Positions 36,500 through 50,054 are shown, counted from the first letter of the whole stretch. The stretch is 63,859 bases of DNA, filler included, from Octopus bimaculoides (GCF_001194135.2; 6 parts of 4 records of this genome joined end to end with filler, not necessarily neighbours in it), one strand, 5' to 3'. Notes: generated from the letters alone by a model not told the origin. Program-made: numbers and translations.

Positions 36500-39400
36500 T
36501 TACGGAACTATATGTTCTGAATTGAAATCCCGCCGGGGTTAACTTTGCCTTTCATCCCTTCGGGGTCGATAAAATAAAGTACCAGTCATGTACTGGGGTC
36601 GATGTAATCGACTGATCTTCCTCTCCCCGTCAGAATTGCTGGCCTTGTGCCGAAATTAGAAACAATCATCGTCATCGACGTTGTCATCATTGTCATCATC
36701 ATCATCATCATCATTGTCATCATCATCGTCGTCGTCTTCGNNNNNNNNNNNNNNNNNNNNNNNNNNNNNNNNNNNNNNNNNNNNNNNNNNNNNNNNNNNN
36801 NNNNNNNNNNNNNNNNNNNNNNNNNNNNNNNNNNNNNNNNNNNNNNNNNNTGGAGTACCACTCAAGTACTTGGGTCGATATAATCGATTCAACCACTGTT
36901 CTTAATACTGCTGGTCGTGTACCTAACTCAGTAATGAAATAATAAGAATTTTCATCTTCATCGTCATCACGAGGTCGATTCTAATTAAGTTTAACCTTGA
37001 CTTTCACATTTCCGAGGTCGAAAAAATAACGTATCATTTCTAAAATCCCAGTTCTCGGTCAAAATAATCAACTAAGCCCTTTCCTCCCTCAAAATAATTC
37101 TTTAAAACATCACACACGGCCCTGTACCTCTTTTTAAAATAATTACTATAAACATATAACTATTATAATTGCTTAGCGGCATTTCATCTGACTCTGCGGT
37201 CTGAGATCAAATGCCGAAGTCGTCTTTGCTTTTCATCCTTTCGCGGTCGATAAAATAAGTACCTGTTAAGCACTGGGGTCGATGTAATCGACTAGCCCTC
37301 TCCCCACGAAATGTCAGACCTTTTACCAATACTAGAAATAATTATTATAATTATTGTTAGTGGAGACATGGCGGCGAACTGGCAGAATCGTTAGCATGCC
37401 AGGTGAAATGCTTCGCGGTATTTCGTCTACTGCTACGTTCAAATTCCACCAGCGTCGATTTTACCTTTTATCCTTTCGGGGTCGATAAATTAAGTACCAT
37501 TTGAGTGGGGAGAAGAATCGATGTAATCGACTAGTCCCCTACCACCAAATTTTAGGCCCTGTACTTCTAGTACAGGGACGAAGTGGGAGAATGGTTTGTG
37601 ATATTTTCGGTGCATTTCAGTTTTTGTTATTCTGATTTCAAATACCATCACAGTCAACTTCAACTGACGTCATCTGTTACGTTCCTCCAAAATGTCTGAT
37701 CCTTTAGCAAATGTTACGAACAATTAGGGGCAGTAGACTTGTAGAACCATTAGAGTGATGACTAAAATTTGCTTGCAGTATATGCTCCAGCTCGTTACGT
37801 TTTGGGTTCACTTGCCACCAAGGTCAGCTTTGTCTTTCATCCTGCAGATAAAATAATGTACGAGTCAAATATTGTGGTAAGGAGTTATCATAAACAACAC
37901 TAGCTTTCCTCTGAATAATTGCAGCCGAGTCAATCTAAGATAAAAAATTAAAAAAAAAGAAGTTAAATTTCGTAGACGAACTGAAAGATTCTTTGCGGAA
38001 TTCAGTTACCTTCTTCCGTTTTTCCGGGTCCGAAAATCGCTTGAGTCAACACTGCGTGTTTGTCATTTCCAGGCTGATTGATAAAGTAAATACCAATTTA
38101 ATACTGCGAAACTGCGATCATGTTTAATTATTATTATATTTGGTGGCCTTATAAGACNNNNNNNNNNNNNNNNNNNNNNNNNNNNNNNNNNNNNNNNNNN
38201 NNNNNNNNNNNNNNNNNNNNNNNNNNNNNNNNNNNNNNNNNNNNNNNNNNNNNNNNNNNNNNNNNNNNNNNNNNNNNNNNNNNNNNNNNNNNNNNNNNNN
38301 NNNNNNNNNNNNNNNNNNNNNNNNNNNNNNNNNNNNNNNNNNNNNNNNNNNNNNNNNNNNNNNNNNNNNNNNNNNNNNNNNNNNNNNNNNNNNNNNNNNN
38401 NNNNNNNNNNNNNNNNNNNNNNNNNNNNNNNNNNNNNNNNNNNNNNNNNNNNNNNNNNNNNNNNNNNNNNNNNNNNNNNNNNNNNNNNNNNNNNNNNNNN
38501 NNNNNNNNNNNNNNNNNNNNNNNNNNNNNNNNNNNNNNNNNNNNNNNNNNNNNNNNNNNNNNNNNNNNNNNNNNNNNNNNNNNNNNNNNNNNNNNNNNNN
38601 NNNNNNNNNNNNNNNNNNNNNNNNNNNNNNNNNNNNNNNNNNNNNNNNNNNNNNNNNNNNNNNNNNNNNNNNNNNNNNNNNNNNNNNNNNNNNNNNNNNN
38701 NNNNNNNNNNNNNNNNNNNNNNNNNNNNNNNNNNNNNNNNNNNNNNNNNNNNNNNNNNNNNNNNNNNNNNNNNNNNNNNNNNNNNNNNNNNNNNNNNNNN
38801 NNNNNNNNNNNNNNNNNNNNNNNNNNNNNNNNNNNNNNNNNNNNNNNNNNNNNNNNNNNNNNNNNNNNNNNNNNNNNNNNNNNNNNNNNNNNNNNNNNNN
38901 NNNNNNNNNNNNNNNNNNNNNNNNNNNNNNNNNNNNNNNNNAAGTATATTATTTATTCACATCTCGTTACATCTTGCCCATCTTTATGATTCTTTCGTTA
39001 ACCTTGAGAAACAACCAAGCACCAGTGTCGAAGTAGCTCCCTTCAAAAAAAAAAAAATCTTTAGGCTTTGTGCCGGCAGAGCCATTATCGTGCCGAACAA
39101 AATGCATAGTAAGATTTCATCCATCTTTGTATTCTGAGTTCAAATTCCGCCGAGGTCGACTTTGTACTTCACCCCTTTCGGGATCGATAAACGAAGTACG
39201 AGTGAAACACTCGGATCGATGTAATCGACTATTTGCCTCCTCAAAATTTCAGGCCTTGTGACTTTAGTAGGAAGTATTATTATTATTAAGGTAGCGGGCT
39301 AGCAGATTTAGTAGCGCGTTGTTTTTAGTTCAGATTTCGCCAAGATTGACTTGCTCCTCATTCCACAGGGGTCGGTAAAATAAAGTACCATTCAAGTACT

Positions 39401-40772
39401 AGGTTTGATGTAATCAACTTGTCTATATCAGCTAAAATTGCTGACCTTGTGTCACATTATTTATAATTATCATTTAAGGGCCGCGAGCTGTCAGACTAGG
39501 TAGAACATTGGACAAAACGCCTTTCTACTGTATTTAGTTACGACTTTTACATTTTACTCAAAGTTGACCTTTGAGTTTAGATCACATAGAGGTCAACCTT
39601 GTCTTTCATTCTCCAGGAATAGATTAACCAAATAAACAGTCCAGACCGATATGAACCAATCGCTTAATCCTGCCCCGTAGAACTGTGGTATTGCTCCTGC
39701 TGTGTTAGGAATTATAAAAATGGATAAAATCATTAGAAAGTTTTTAAAAAAGCGTTTGCAGTATTTGTTTTGATATTTTATGCCCTGTATTCAAATCTGG
39801 TAAAGGTCACCGCTTCCTTTCATCTTTCTGGAGTCGATAAAGTAAATTAACGATCAAGAAGTAGAACCCTTGCGCCTATGTTAGAGCGTCGAACGAAATG
39901 CTTTACGGCAATTGCGTTGACTCTTTAAGTTCTCCGGTAGAGGACAACTTTGCCTTTCATCCTTGTGGTATGGAAACAATGAAGAACTCATCGAATGTTA
40001 GATTCTTTATGATAGACTAAAGGTTCGGACCTGTGCCTCCAAGTTGACATTGGGATACCCTAATCCACAATATCATGGCCATGTTAGCTCTGTAGAACAT
40101 GAAAGGAACTTGTGCTTGTTTGGACTGGTTCAACAGGATGATACTTTTCTAGATATAGTCTTGCTTTTCTCACAACACACTATTTAACATTTGTATCCAA
40201 TACACCGTCACAAAAGTTCCTTTTCGTCAATAAATTCTTTTGTCTTTAATTCAAACCACTTCTATAGCGTCTACATAACCAATTGCAATTGCCAATAGCT
40301 TCCTTGTTNNNNNNNNNNNNNNNNNNNNNNNNNNNNNNNNNNNNNNNNNNNNNNNNNNNNNNNNNNNNNNNNNNNNNNNNNNNNNNNNNNNNNNNNNNNN
40401 NNNNNNNNNNNNNNNNNNNNNNNNNNNNNNNNNNNNNNNNNNNNNNNNNNNNNNNNNNNNNNNNNNNNNNNNNNNNNNNNNNNNNNNNNNNNNNNNNNNN
40501 NNNNNNNNNNNNNNNNNNNNNNNNNNNNNNNNNNNNNNNNNNNNNNNNNNNNNNNNNNNNNNNNNNNNNNNNNNNNNNNNNNNNNNNNNNNNNNNNNNNN
40601 NNNNNNNNNNNNNNNNNNNNNNNNNNNNNNNNNNNNNNNNNNNNNNNNNNNNNNNNNNNNNNNNNNNNNNNNNNNNNNNNNNNNNNNNNNNNNNNNNNNN
40701 NNNNNNNNNNNNNNNNNNNNNNNNNNNNNNNNNNNNNNNNNNNNNNNNNNNNNNNNNNNNNNNNNNNNNNNN

Positions 40773-40808
<36 letters not shown>

Positions 40809-42893
40809 GTACACAAATAAACATGTTCTTGATAAAAGTCAAATAAGAGCCACTTTTTTTATTAAGAAAAAAAACGTCTCGAAAAATCACCCGTCGTCCT
40901 ATATTACACACTTGAAAATTCTAAAAAAATGTTTTCTCCTGAATATGCTCTGCAGAAAATAGGGTGCGACTAATATGCCCGTGCATCTTTTATACGGCAT
41001 CTTTGTGTGTGTGTGTGTGTACGTGAGCCCTTCTCTCCTTATATTCTCACATCCTTCCAGTTTTACCCCGTCTGATATTTTGCTACATGGACAATCCGTT
41101 TTCCTTTGCTAAGTTACTGCTAAGACCATCAAATGCATTAGAACAATCATTCTCAGAATTTTTTTTTTTATCAGCAGACAGCTGACGATGAACTCTTAAT
41201 GTCTTTCATAGTCTGCGCAGGTCTGACGTCACTTCCGTCCCTCTCAATTTATTCCGCATACTTGTTTCTACTTAATGATGAAACAAGTGTTCCTGGTATA
41301 TGAGTTAACATGACAATTAATGATTTTTTTTTCTTTTTGTCTCACCTGGTTCGTTCGAGATCTGTGGCTCGCCCAGGTATCATCGTGCAGGTAAACTTGC
41401 TTAGAATACATTCGTTGTCTCACTCAATAATCAAATTGTGGATAAAGCTTCATAAATTTTCATTTTTGTGCTTGTCATAGATGTACCTCTTAATGTAACA
41501 GAACGTATGTGGTATACAGCATAGATTTATCAAACTTAATACCAATAATGTTGCCTAATGTATTTCATTTCTTCTGAGGTGTTTTGCTGGTTTTGTTTTG
41601 ATTGTAACTTAAACCCTGCTTTTCTGAACACGGGAAAATACTCATGTATGTTTCTATACGAAATACTTGGTATGGTCCTCTTTTCATTGTGAGTGACAAT
41701 CATGTTCATGTCTACTTAACATTCCCCCCCCCTTTCATCTATCTGACGTTGAATAAAAGATGTACTGATGACAATCTGTGAAACTGATGAAAATCCTAAA
41801 CAGTGCCCCAGCATGGCTGTAGTATATCAATCCGAAATAACTGTGAGCATTGGAATGCGTAACAGGAGGAGGGCATGGGGCAAGGATAAAGTCTGAAAAT
41901 CGTTTTAAGTGTTAGGAATATTGAAATATTTGAATTATAAATTTGGAAAGTTAGACAAAATACTTGATAGTTGGGCACAACGATGTACAACAGATTTAGC
42001 TTGTATATTTTGTTGTTATTGTTAATATCATTTGCTGGTAGAAGCGGTACACTATGTTGTATACGCCTTGTCATGTTATGAGTTCAAAATCCAGCTTGGA
42101 TTCTGAACCTTCCAGACATTTTGTACTGAGTCCATTTAATCATAAACTTTTGTAAAGTTTAGTCACGTGTCAAAATTAGAAATCATTATTACCAATAATA
42201 GTACTGCGGTTGTCTAGATTCATTTTAATTTATCAGGCCTGTGAGCAAAGGCGTTCTAGCCATGATAATCCCGTCTCTTGTTTTCAGATATCATTTGCCA
42301 GTTTAATATTACTCTGTCTAATGTAGCTTCTGTAATGTAGCTTCTGTTTATGTTCTGAATGTAAATCTCGCCTTGGATTTCAACTCAACTTTCATCCAAA
42401 AAGTTCATAAGCTATCAAATACTGGCAAATGGTGTCGTTTGTTTGCAGTTCACCTGAAAGCATGTCCGAGCTGTTTGTTATTCAATAGAATGGGGAATTA
42501 TACTTTGCTTGGAAACAGGAGAGGGTTAGCTTCATGGAGGATACTCAGACGTAGAAACTTCTGTCTCAAGGAACTTTCTTCCAACACATGCAAGCATAGA
42601 AAAATAGACGTTAATACGATGTTGAGACTGATATCTATTTTATAATCAAATTTCTTCCAGTCCCAGCCTTGCGCCTGCCAATCCTAGAAACCAGCAGTAT
42701 GAATATTGATGTAGTATAACATCAGGTTCATCCTAATATATCTGTCCCATAATCAAAAGCGTTCCACCTATGACCATCCTATCGTTTATGTTCCAAACAT
42801 CATATGTCCAATACTTCATTGTACTAATGTCATCTTAGATGCCCTCTCTCTTTCGCACTTTCTCTCTTACTCATTCTCACTTTCTTCCTTCGT

Positions 42894-42933
<40 letters not shown>

Positions 42934-43733
42934 AATAGGGTTGATGTAAATGAAATATGATTGCAGTTCTATAACTTGGGTGATCATGTAGATGTTCAAT
43001 TTTTAAAAAACTCGTGAATGTAGTTGTTGCGGTTCATGCTGTTGGCGACGATTGTGTTGGTAGTGATGGTGACTGAGAATCTAGAGCGCCGGACTAATTA
43101 GATTACTTAAAATTCACTTGATTCGACTCTTTTCTTTTCTGTGTTGCAATCTTGCCCTGGTTGACTGAGTTTTATTACTCCGGAATCTTTTAAACACTAG
43201 TGAGCTACGTAAACATATCGAGTATTCCCGTCAGCATTTGGCCTAAATTATTGTGCTTTTAATTTTTATTATCGTTATTATTATTATTATTGTTATGGCG
43301 TTGAATGGCAATCAAGTAATGGAGTTAATTGAATCAATTACGTCACTCCTTCCCCCTTTCAAAATGTCCGACCTTGAGACTGTATATTACTTATCTGTTG
43401 TTGGCGGTGCTGTTGTTGCTGCTTTCACTTTTAGTCGGTTTACCTCACTTTCTCACTGCCCCTAACATTTAAGGTACCCGTGGCCAATATAAGAAATCAT
43501 TATTGCAAGGGTGGAGGACTAGTAAAAATCCTTACGACACAAAACTCAGTATCTTGCGGTAGCTTGTCCCAGATTATTATGCTTTCATTTCATTATTCAG
43601 CCAAGGTTAACTTTTGAGGTCGATTAATAAAGTACAAGTCAATTGCTTGGGATTAATAGAATTGACTATACTCGTTCCCACTAGTTTCTGACCTTGTAGC
43701 TAGAGCGCAAAAGATTATCATTATGGTTGTTGC

Positions 43734-43790
<57 letters not shown>

Positions 43791-44800
43791 CATTATTATT
43801 ATTATCATCATCATCATCTTTATTATTATTGCAAGGGCGGAGATCCAGCAGAATCGTTAGCACGCCGGACAAAATGCTTAACGGCATTTCGCCCGTCTTA
43901 ACGTTCTGAGTTAAAATTCCGTCGAGGTCAACTTTGCCATTCATCCCTTTCTGGATTGAAAAAAATGCCTACTACTTAAGCATTTGGGGGTCAATGAAAT
44001 AAACTAGCTCCTTCCCTCCAAATTTTAGGCCTCGTGCCTATAGTAGAAACGATTATCATAGTGATGAATAAGGTGACAAACTAGCAGAGGCGTTAAACCT
44101 TCGGAAAAATTTTCTCGCTGTTTCTCTTCTGGTTCTTTACGTTCTGGATTCAAATTTTACCTGGATTAATTTATCCTTTCATTCTTGCGGGGTTGTTAGA
44201 ATTAACTACCTGTCATGTAATGGGGTCTTTAGTATCCGGGCAGAAATGTTAGCACGCCGGGCGAAATGCTTGGCAGTATTTCGTCTGTCTTTACGTTCTA
44301 AGTTCAAATTTCGCCGAAGTCGACTTTGCCTTTCATCCTTTCGGGGTCGGTAAATTAAGTACCAGTTGCGTACTGGGTCGATCTAATAGACTGGTCCCCT
44401 TCCCCAAAATTTCGGGTCTTGTGCCTAGAGTAAAAAAGTATCCACTAGCCCTCTCCCTTTTACTGGCTTTGTATCTAAATCAGAAATATTTTTAAGCAAT
44501 GAATTATAGAAAAGTTGGTGAATACAATCGATTGGTTTCTCCTAAAATGACTTGTGGTATTTCGTTATTCATTTTGCCGTTGCGGGTTCAAATTCAACTG
44601 AGGTTGACTTCAGCTTTCATCCTTATCGAAATGGTGTTGAGTGTTGATAGAATATAACTCCTTTCCAGTTCTGGGGTCGTTATAATCAAATATACTCTCC
44701 CCTTCACTACAAAAATGGGTGTTTTGCGTCAACAGTTACGAATAATGATTAGTAAGGCAGTGACCGGCAGAATCAGTAGAGCATCGGACAAAATACATTT
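36500..44800 (+). mobile_element. Dense run of at least 14 SINE-A copies of varying decay, all plus strand
   Basis: Copies near 36500, 37160, 37365, 37600, 37780, 39110, 39290, 39480, 39760, 39880, 43505, 43830, 44070, 44225, 44540, 44750. Confidence 0.75.
41224..41237. promoter_or_regulatory. Composite ETS-CRE element
   Basis: TGACGTCACTTCCG (reverse complement CGGAAGTGACGTCA): full CRE overlapping an ETS core; candidate donor CAG|GTAAAC at 41390. Confidence 0.4.
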
Positions 44801-45120
44801 GTGTGCTATTTAGTTACTTCCCGCACAAAATGACCACGCTTTGCAACCTTCGAGAGCAGGAAAGGAGTGGACTGATATTAATAAAAGTATCAATCAATTA
44901 TTGAGATCTATAGAATCGAATGTGGCTATGTTAGAAGCATTAATTTAATTTTTTTTTTTTATTGTATCACAGTAGTAAATTAATTTATCTGCTATATATC
45001 CATAGGACAATGCTTGAAAATGAAACAATATAACATACTGCACACCGATAAAAAAAAATATGTGTAAAAGAAAAAAAAAAAAGACCAAAAAAATGTATTG
45101 AGATATATTTTTTGTTGTAT

Positions 45121-45220
45121 NNNNNNNNNNNNNNNNNNNNNNNNNNNNNNNNNNNNNNNNNNNNTTAATTAATTAANNNNNNNNNNNNNNNNNNNNNNNN
45201 NNNNNNNNNNNNNNNNNNNN
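45121..45220. other. Artificial scaffold-joining spacer 4
   Basis: 44 N + TTAATTAATTAA (45165-45176) + 44 N. Confidence 0.95.
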
Positions 45221-45320
45221 CCTTGTTGCTTTTTTTGGTTGGCGGCGGTTGGGCAACTGTCCTTGAGGTGTGCCTCGCTGCCGCATACATAACAACGTGG
45301 CCGCCTTCCTTCCACCACTA
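45221..45320 (-). mobile_element. LINE ORF1/Gag-like CCHC zinc-knuckle fragment
   Basis: VVEGRRPRCYVCGSEAHLKDSCP = CX2CX4HX4C, cut by the scaffold end. Confidence 0.65.
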
Positions 45321-45325
45321 CATAT

Positions 45326-45365
<40 letters not shown>

Positions 45366-45544
45366 ACGCATATGTGAATGCATGTAAATACATAAATATA
45401 CACACACAAACACACACACACACACACATACACACACACATATGGAGATACACGTGCATGCACACGCAGATATACACAAATATATATGTGAATGTGCCTT
45501 CGAATTTGTGTGTGTCTGTTTTTCTGTGGGTGACGGCGTGTGTG

Positions 45545-45595
<51 letters not shown>

Positions 45596-45906
45596 GAATT
45601 CATTGACTAGTGATTCATTTTCCGCTCTCTCACTCAGAGTCTAATACACACAGGCACCCGCTTTATATGCCCAACAATAAATGGATTAAATGATATCAAG
45701 TATACGTCTTCCGTTAAACTCCGAGTTAATATGTGTGAACCACCAACTGATTCCCAATAAATATAGAGTCCGTATCATTTATCATGTGCTCTTTCTCTGT
45801 CGACGTTAAACACATAAACGCGAATCTATGTACATAATATATACATACATACATACATTCACATACCATCATTTGTCGTTCACTATGAAAGAATCCATCA
45901 TATACA

Positions 45907-45947
<41 letters not shown>

Positions 45948-46742
45948 NNNNNNNNNNNNNNNNNNNNNNNNNNNNNNNNNNNNNNNNNNNNNNNNNNNNN
46001 NNNNNNNNNNNNNNNNNNNNNNNNNNNNNNNNNNNNNNNNNNNNNNNNNNNNNNNNNNNNNNNNNNNNNNNNNNNNNNNNNNNNNNNNNNNNNNNNNNNN
46101 NNNNNNNNNNNNNNNNNNNNNNNNNNNNNNNNNNNNNNNNNNNNNNNNNNNNNNNNNNNNNNNNNNNNNNNNNNNNNNNNNNNNNNNNNNNNNNNNNNNN
46201 NNNNNNNNNNNNNNNNNNNNNNNNNNNNNNNNNNNNNNNNNNNNNNNNNNNNNNNNNNNNNNNNNNNNNNNNNNNNNNNNNNNNNNNNNNNNNNNNNNNN
46301 NNNNNNNNNNNNNNNNNNNNNNNNNNNNNNNNNNNNNNNNNNNNNNNNNNNNNNNNNNNNNNNNNNNNNNNNNNNNNNNNNNNNNNNNNNNNNNNNNNNN
46401 NNNNNNNNNNNNNNNNNNNNNNNNNNNNNNNNNNNNNNNNNNNNNNNNNNNNNNNNNNNNNNNNNNNNNNNNNNNNNNNNNNNNNNNNNNNNNNNNNNNN
46501 NNNNNNNNNNNNNNNNNNNNNNNNNNNNNNNNNNNNNNNNNNNNNNNNNNNNNNNNNNNNNNNNNNNNNNNNNNNNNNNNNNNNNNNNNNNNNNNNNNNN
46601 NNNNNNNNNNNNNNNNNNNNNNNNNNNNNNNNNNNNNNNNNNNNNNNNNNNNNNNNNNNNNNNNNNNNNNNNNNNNNNNNNNNNNNNNNNNNNNNNNNNN
46701 NNNNNNNNNNNNNNNNNNNNNNNNNNNNNNNNNNNNNNNNNN

Positions 46743-46805
<63 letters not shown>

Positions 46806-46959
46806 TGTTTAGATTGACAAGACATATTGCTGTCTGAAACATTAATTTCTACATCGTCAGTGGCAATAATGTTCAATAATATATCTTGCGGCTGATGTTT
46901 TCGACACAGCTGAGATGATATTAAATTGTCTGCAGAAATTAACGGAATCTCTGCTAAGC

Positions 46960-47187
46960 ACCTAACAGCCTTAACACCCACACTGACAGTAGCATCCACC
47001 ACCATCACAACAACAACCACAACAACCACATCATCATCATCAACAGCCACAACTTCATCATCAATAATATTAACAACAACAGCATCAGCTTCTACAACTA
47101 GTGCAAGAACTGCAACAACAACAACAACAACAACAGCAACTGACACAACGTAAATAACACCAATTGCACCAGAACGACAACAACTGC

Positions 47188-47221
<34 letters not shown>

Positions 47222-48543
47222 GCAGTATCAGAAGCTCCATCTACATCTACAACAATGAATTTAGTAGTAAGAATATTCTTTTCCACTATAGGCACAAGGC
47301 CCGAAATTTTAGGAGAGGGGGCCAGTTGATTAGATCGACCCCATAAAGTAACTGGTACTTAATTTATCGACCCCGAAAGGATGAAAGGCAAAGTCGACCT
47401 CGGCAGAATTTGAACTCAGAACGTAAAGACAGACGAAATACTGCTAAACATTTCGCCCGGCGTGTTACCGTTTCTTATTTCTTTATTGCCCACAAGGGGC
47501 TAAACATTGAGGGGGACAAACAAGGATAGACAAAGGGATTAAGTCGATTATATCGACGCCAGTGCGTAACTGGTACTTAATTTATCGACCCCGAAAGGAT
47601 GAAAGGCAAAGTCGACCTCGGCAGAATTTGATCTCAGAACGTTAAGACAGACGAAATACCGCTAAGAATTTCGCCCGGCGTGCTAACGATTCTGCCAGCT
47701 CGCTACCTAAAATAACAACAATACAGCAACAACAACATCAATAACGTCAATAACAACAACAATAATAACAACAACAACGGCGACAACAACAACAGCAACA
47801 ATAACAACAACAACAACAGCTGTAATAAAAGCTGTGATAGCAACAATAACTACTACAGCTCCATCAGTGATAACAATCTAGCAGCACCTGTAAAAATAAC
47901 AACAACAACAACAATACTAGCAACAACAACAACTACAAAAACAACAACAACAACAACAGCAGCAGCAGCAACAACGGCAACAGCAACAACAGCAACTCTA
48001 GTAAACGACATGAATGCCAACAATGATAGTAATTACAGCAAAGACTACAATGAAACTGACAAGACAAGTTATATCAACATCGGCACCATCTACGTCAGCG
48101 ACGAGAACGACTGCTTTAATACTAAAGATTGAAACAAGTAAAAGAAAACTTACAATAATAACAACAATGACAACAACATTAGGAAGGAGTATTACACCCA
48201 GCAGCAACATCAATAAAAACAGCGAAGGGAAAACGATGGAAAAGGAAAATTATATCCAGAACAGCGACATAAACAACAACGACGAAGACGAAGGCAACAA
48301 TTCGTGCGGTGAGAAGAACTGGTGTAGTAATAAAGACAAAAACCCAGCAAAGGCGAGAAAGACAGCAACAAGAACAACTACAATAACAACAACAACAACA
48401 ATAACAGCAACAATGATTTCAATGACAGCATAAGCAATAGAAATGCTACTAATAGTAAATATAATAATGTTAACACACTAACAAGCAAAACCTGAACAAG
48501 AACAACAAGAGCGGCAGTGGCGGCAATGGCGGCAGTGGCGGCA

Positions 48544-48593
<50 letters not shown>

Positions 48594-48640
48594 TGAAGAA
48601 GCAACAGCAACAACTAGCAACGTTAAGCACAATCAAGATA
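46960..48640. repeat. Degenerate (AAC/AGC)n low-complexity tract interrupted by two SINE-A copies
   Basis: ~1.7 kb of imperfect CAA/CAG triplets; explains the poly-T/N/V/A pseudo-ORFs. Confidence 0.85.
47278..47705 (-). mobile_element. Two tandem SINE-A copies with different 3' tails
   Basis: Near-identical head and core. Tails are GGCCTTGTGCCTATAGTGGAAAAG versus TTTGTCCCCCTCAATGTTTAGCCCCTTGTGGGCAATAAAG. Confidence 0.85.
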
Positions 48641-48812
48641 TAATTTATGGCTGAATGACAATTGCATATGTGAAAACAACAGCAATGGCTATGTGCACAT
48701 ATACATGATGTTATTTATACACGATACACATGCACATACACACTCAAACACACACACATACATACATATATACATACATACGTACATACATATATACATA
48801 TATATATAAACA

Positions 48813-48848
<36 letters not shown>

Positions 48849-49712
48849 NNNNNNNNNNNNNNNNNNNNNNNNNNNNNNNNNNNNNNNNNNNNNNNNNNNN
48901 NNNNNNNNNNNNNNNNNNNNNNNNNNNNNNNNNNNNNNNNNNNNNNNNNNNNNNNNNNNNNNNNNNNNNNNNNNNNNNNNNNNNNNNNNNNNNNNNNNNN
49001 NNNNNNNNNNNNNNNNNNNNNNNNNNNNNNNNNNNNNNNNNNNNNNNNNNNNNNNNNNNNNNNNNNNNNNNNNNNNNNNNNNNNNNNNNNNNNNNNNNNN
49101 NNNNNNNNNNNNNNNNNNNNNNNNNNNNNNNNNNNNNNNNNNNNNNNNNNNNNNNNNNNNNNNNNNNNNNNNNNNNNNNNNNNNNNNNNNNNNNNNNNNN
49201 NNNNNNNNNNNNNNNNNNNNNNNNNNNNNNNNNNNNNNNNNNNNNNNNNNNNNNNNNNNNNNNNNNNNNNNNNNNNNNNNNNNNNNNNNNNNNNNNNNNN
49301 NNNNNNNNNNNNNNNNNNNNNNNNNNNNNNNNNNNNNNNNNNNNNNNNNNNNNNNNNNNNNNNNNNNNNNNNNNNNNNNNNNNNNNNNNNNNNNNNNNNN
49401 NGCGTCTCTCGTTCTGTCTCGCTATATATATATATATATATATATAGCGAGACAGAACGAGAGACGCAGTAATAAGCGTTCAAAAATTCATTCATATAAC
49501 GCCTAATAATAATCACATAATAATTGATGAACGGTTATAGAGACGGACAAATCTAGATACATACATAAATACCAACAAAGTAAGCACATAAATGTGAAAC
49601 AAAGCGGGGAAAATGGAACTCGAATACCTGTGGTAGAGTAATAATTATTATTAAAGCTCCAAAAACATGTTTATGTAGATAAATAGATAGTTAAACAAAC
49701 AGACAGACAGAC

Positions 49713-49796
<84 letters not shown>

Positions 49797-49877
49797 GATA
49801 CACTAATACAAAAAATGTTAAGGCAAGACAAACATTTTAAGTCATACATAATTATTATTATTGGAAAAAAGATTTAA

Positions 49878-50030
49878 AGTCTAACAGCTGTTTCTGGGAT
49901 ATCCCAGAGTATGGGATATTCTGTCATCGGAGACAAATAGGGAAACTGAGAAGGGTATAGATTAAGGAAATGACGACATAGAGGACAGGAGTAAAGGAAT
50001 AAGGAAATGAAGAAAGAGAAGAAAAAAGAA
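49878..50030 (-). repeat. Dispersed ~155-bp repeat copy 1 with hammerhead-like motif (49879-49934)
   Basis: Minus: pyrimidine tract, then GTCT-CCGATGA-c..ATATCCCA/TGGGATAT..a-GAAAC-AGCT-GTT-AGAC; second copy at 52646-52800. Confidence 0.6.
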
Positions 50031-50054
50031 GCATAAAAGTTCACAGTTTCAACG

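Noticed and set aside
45869-49516. Long ORFs in the track (200-425 aa), here and across other N gaps
   Set aside because: They run through N gaps and (CA)n, (TA)n, (AAC)n repeats and are not real coding sequence.
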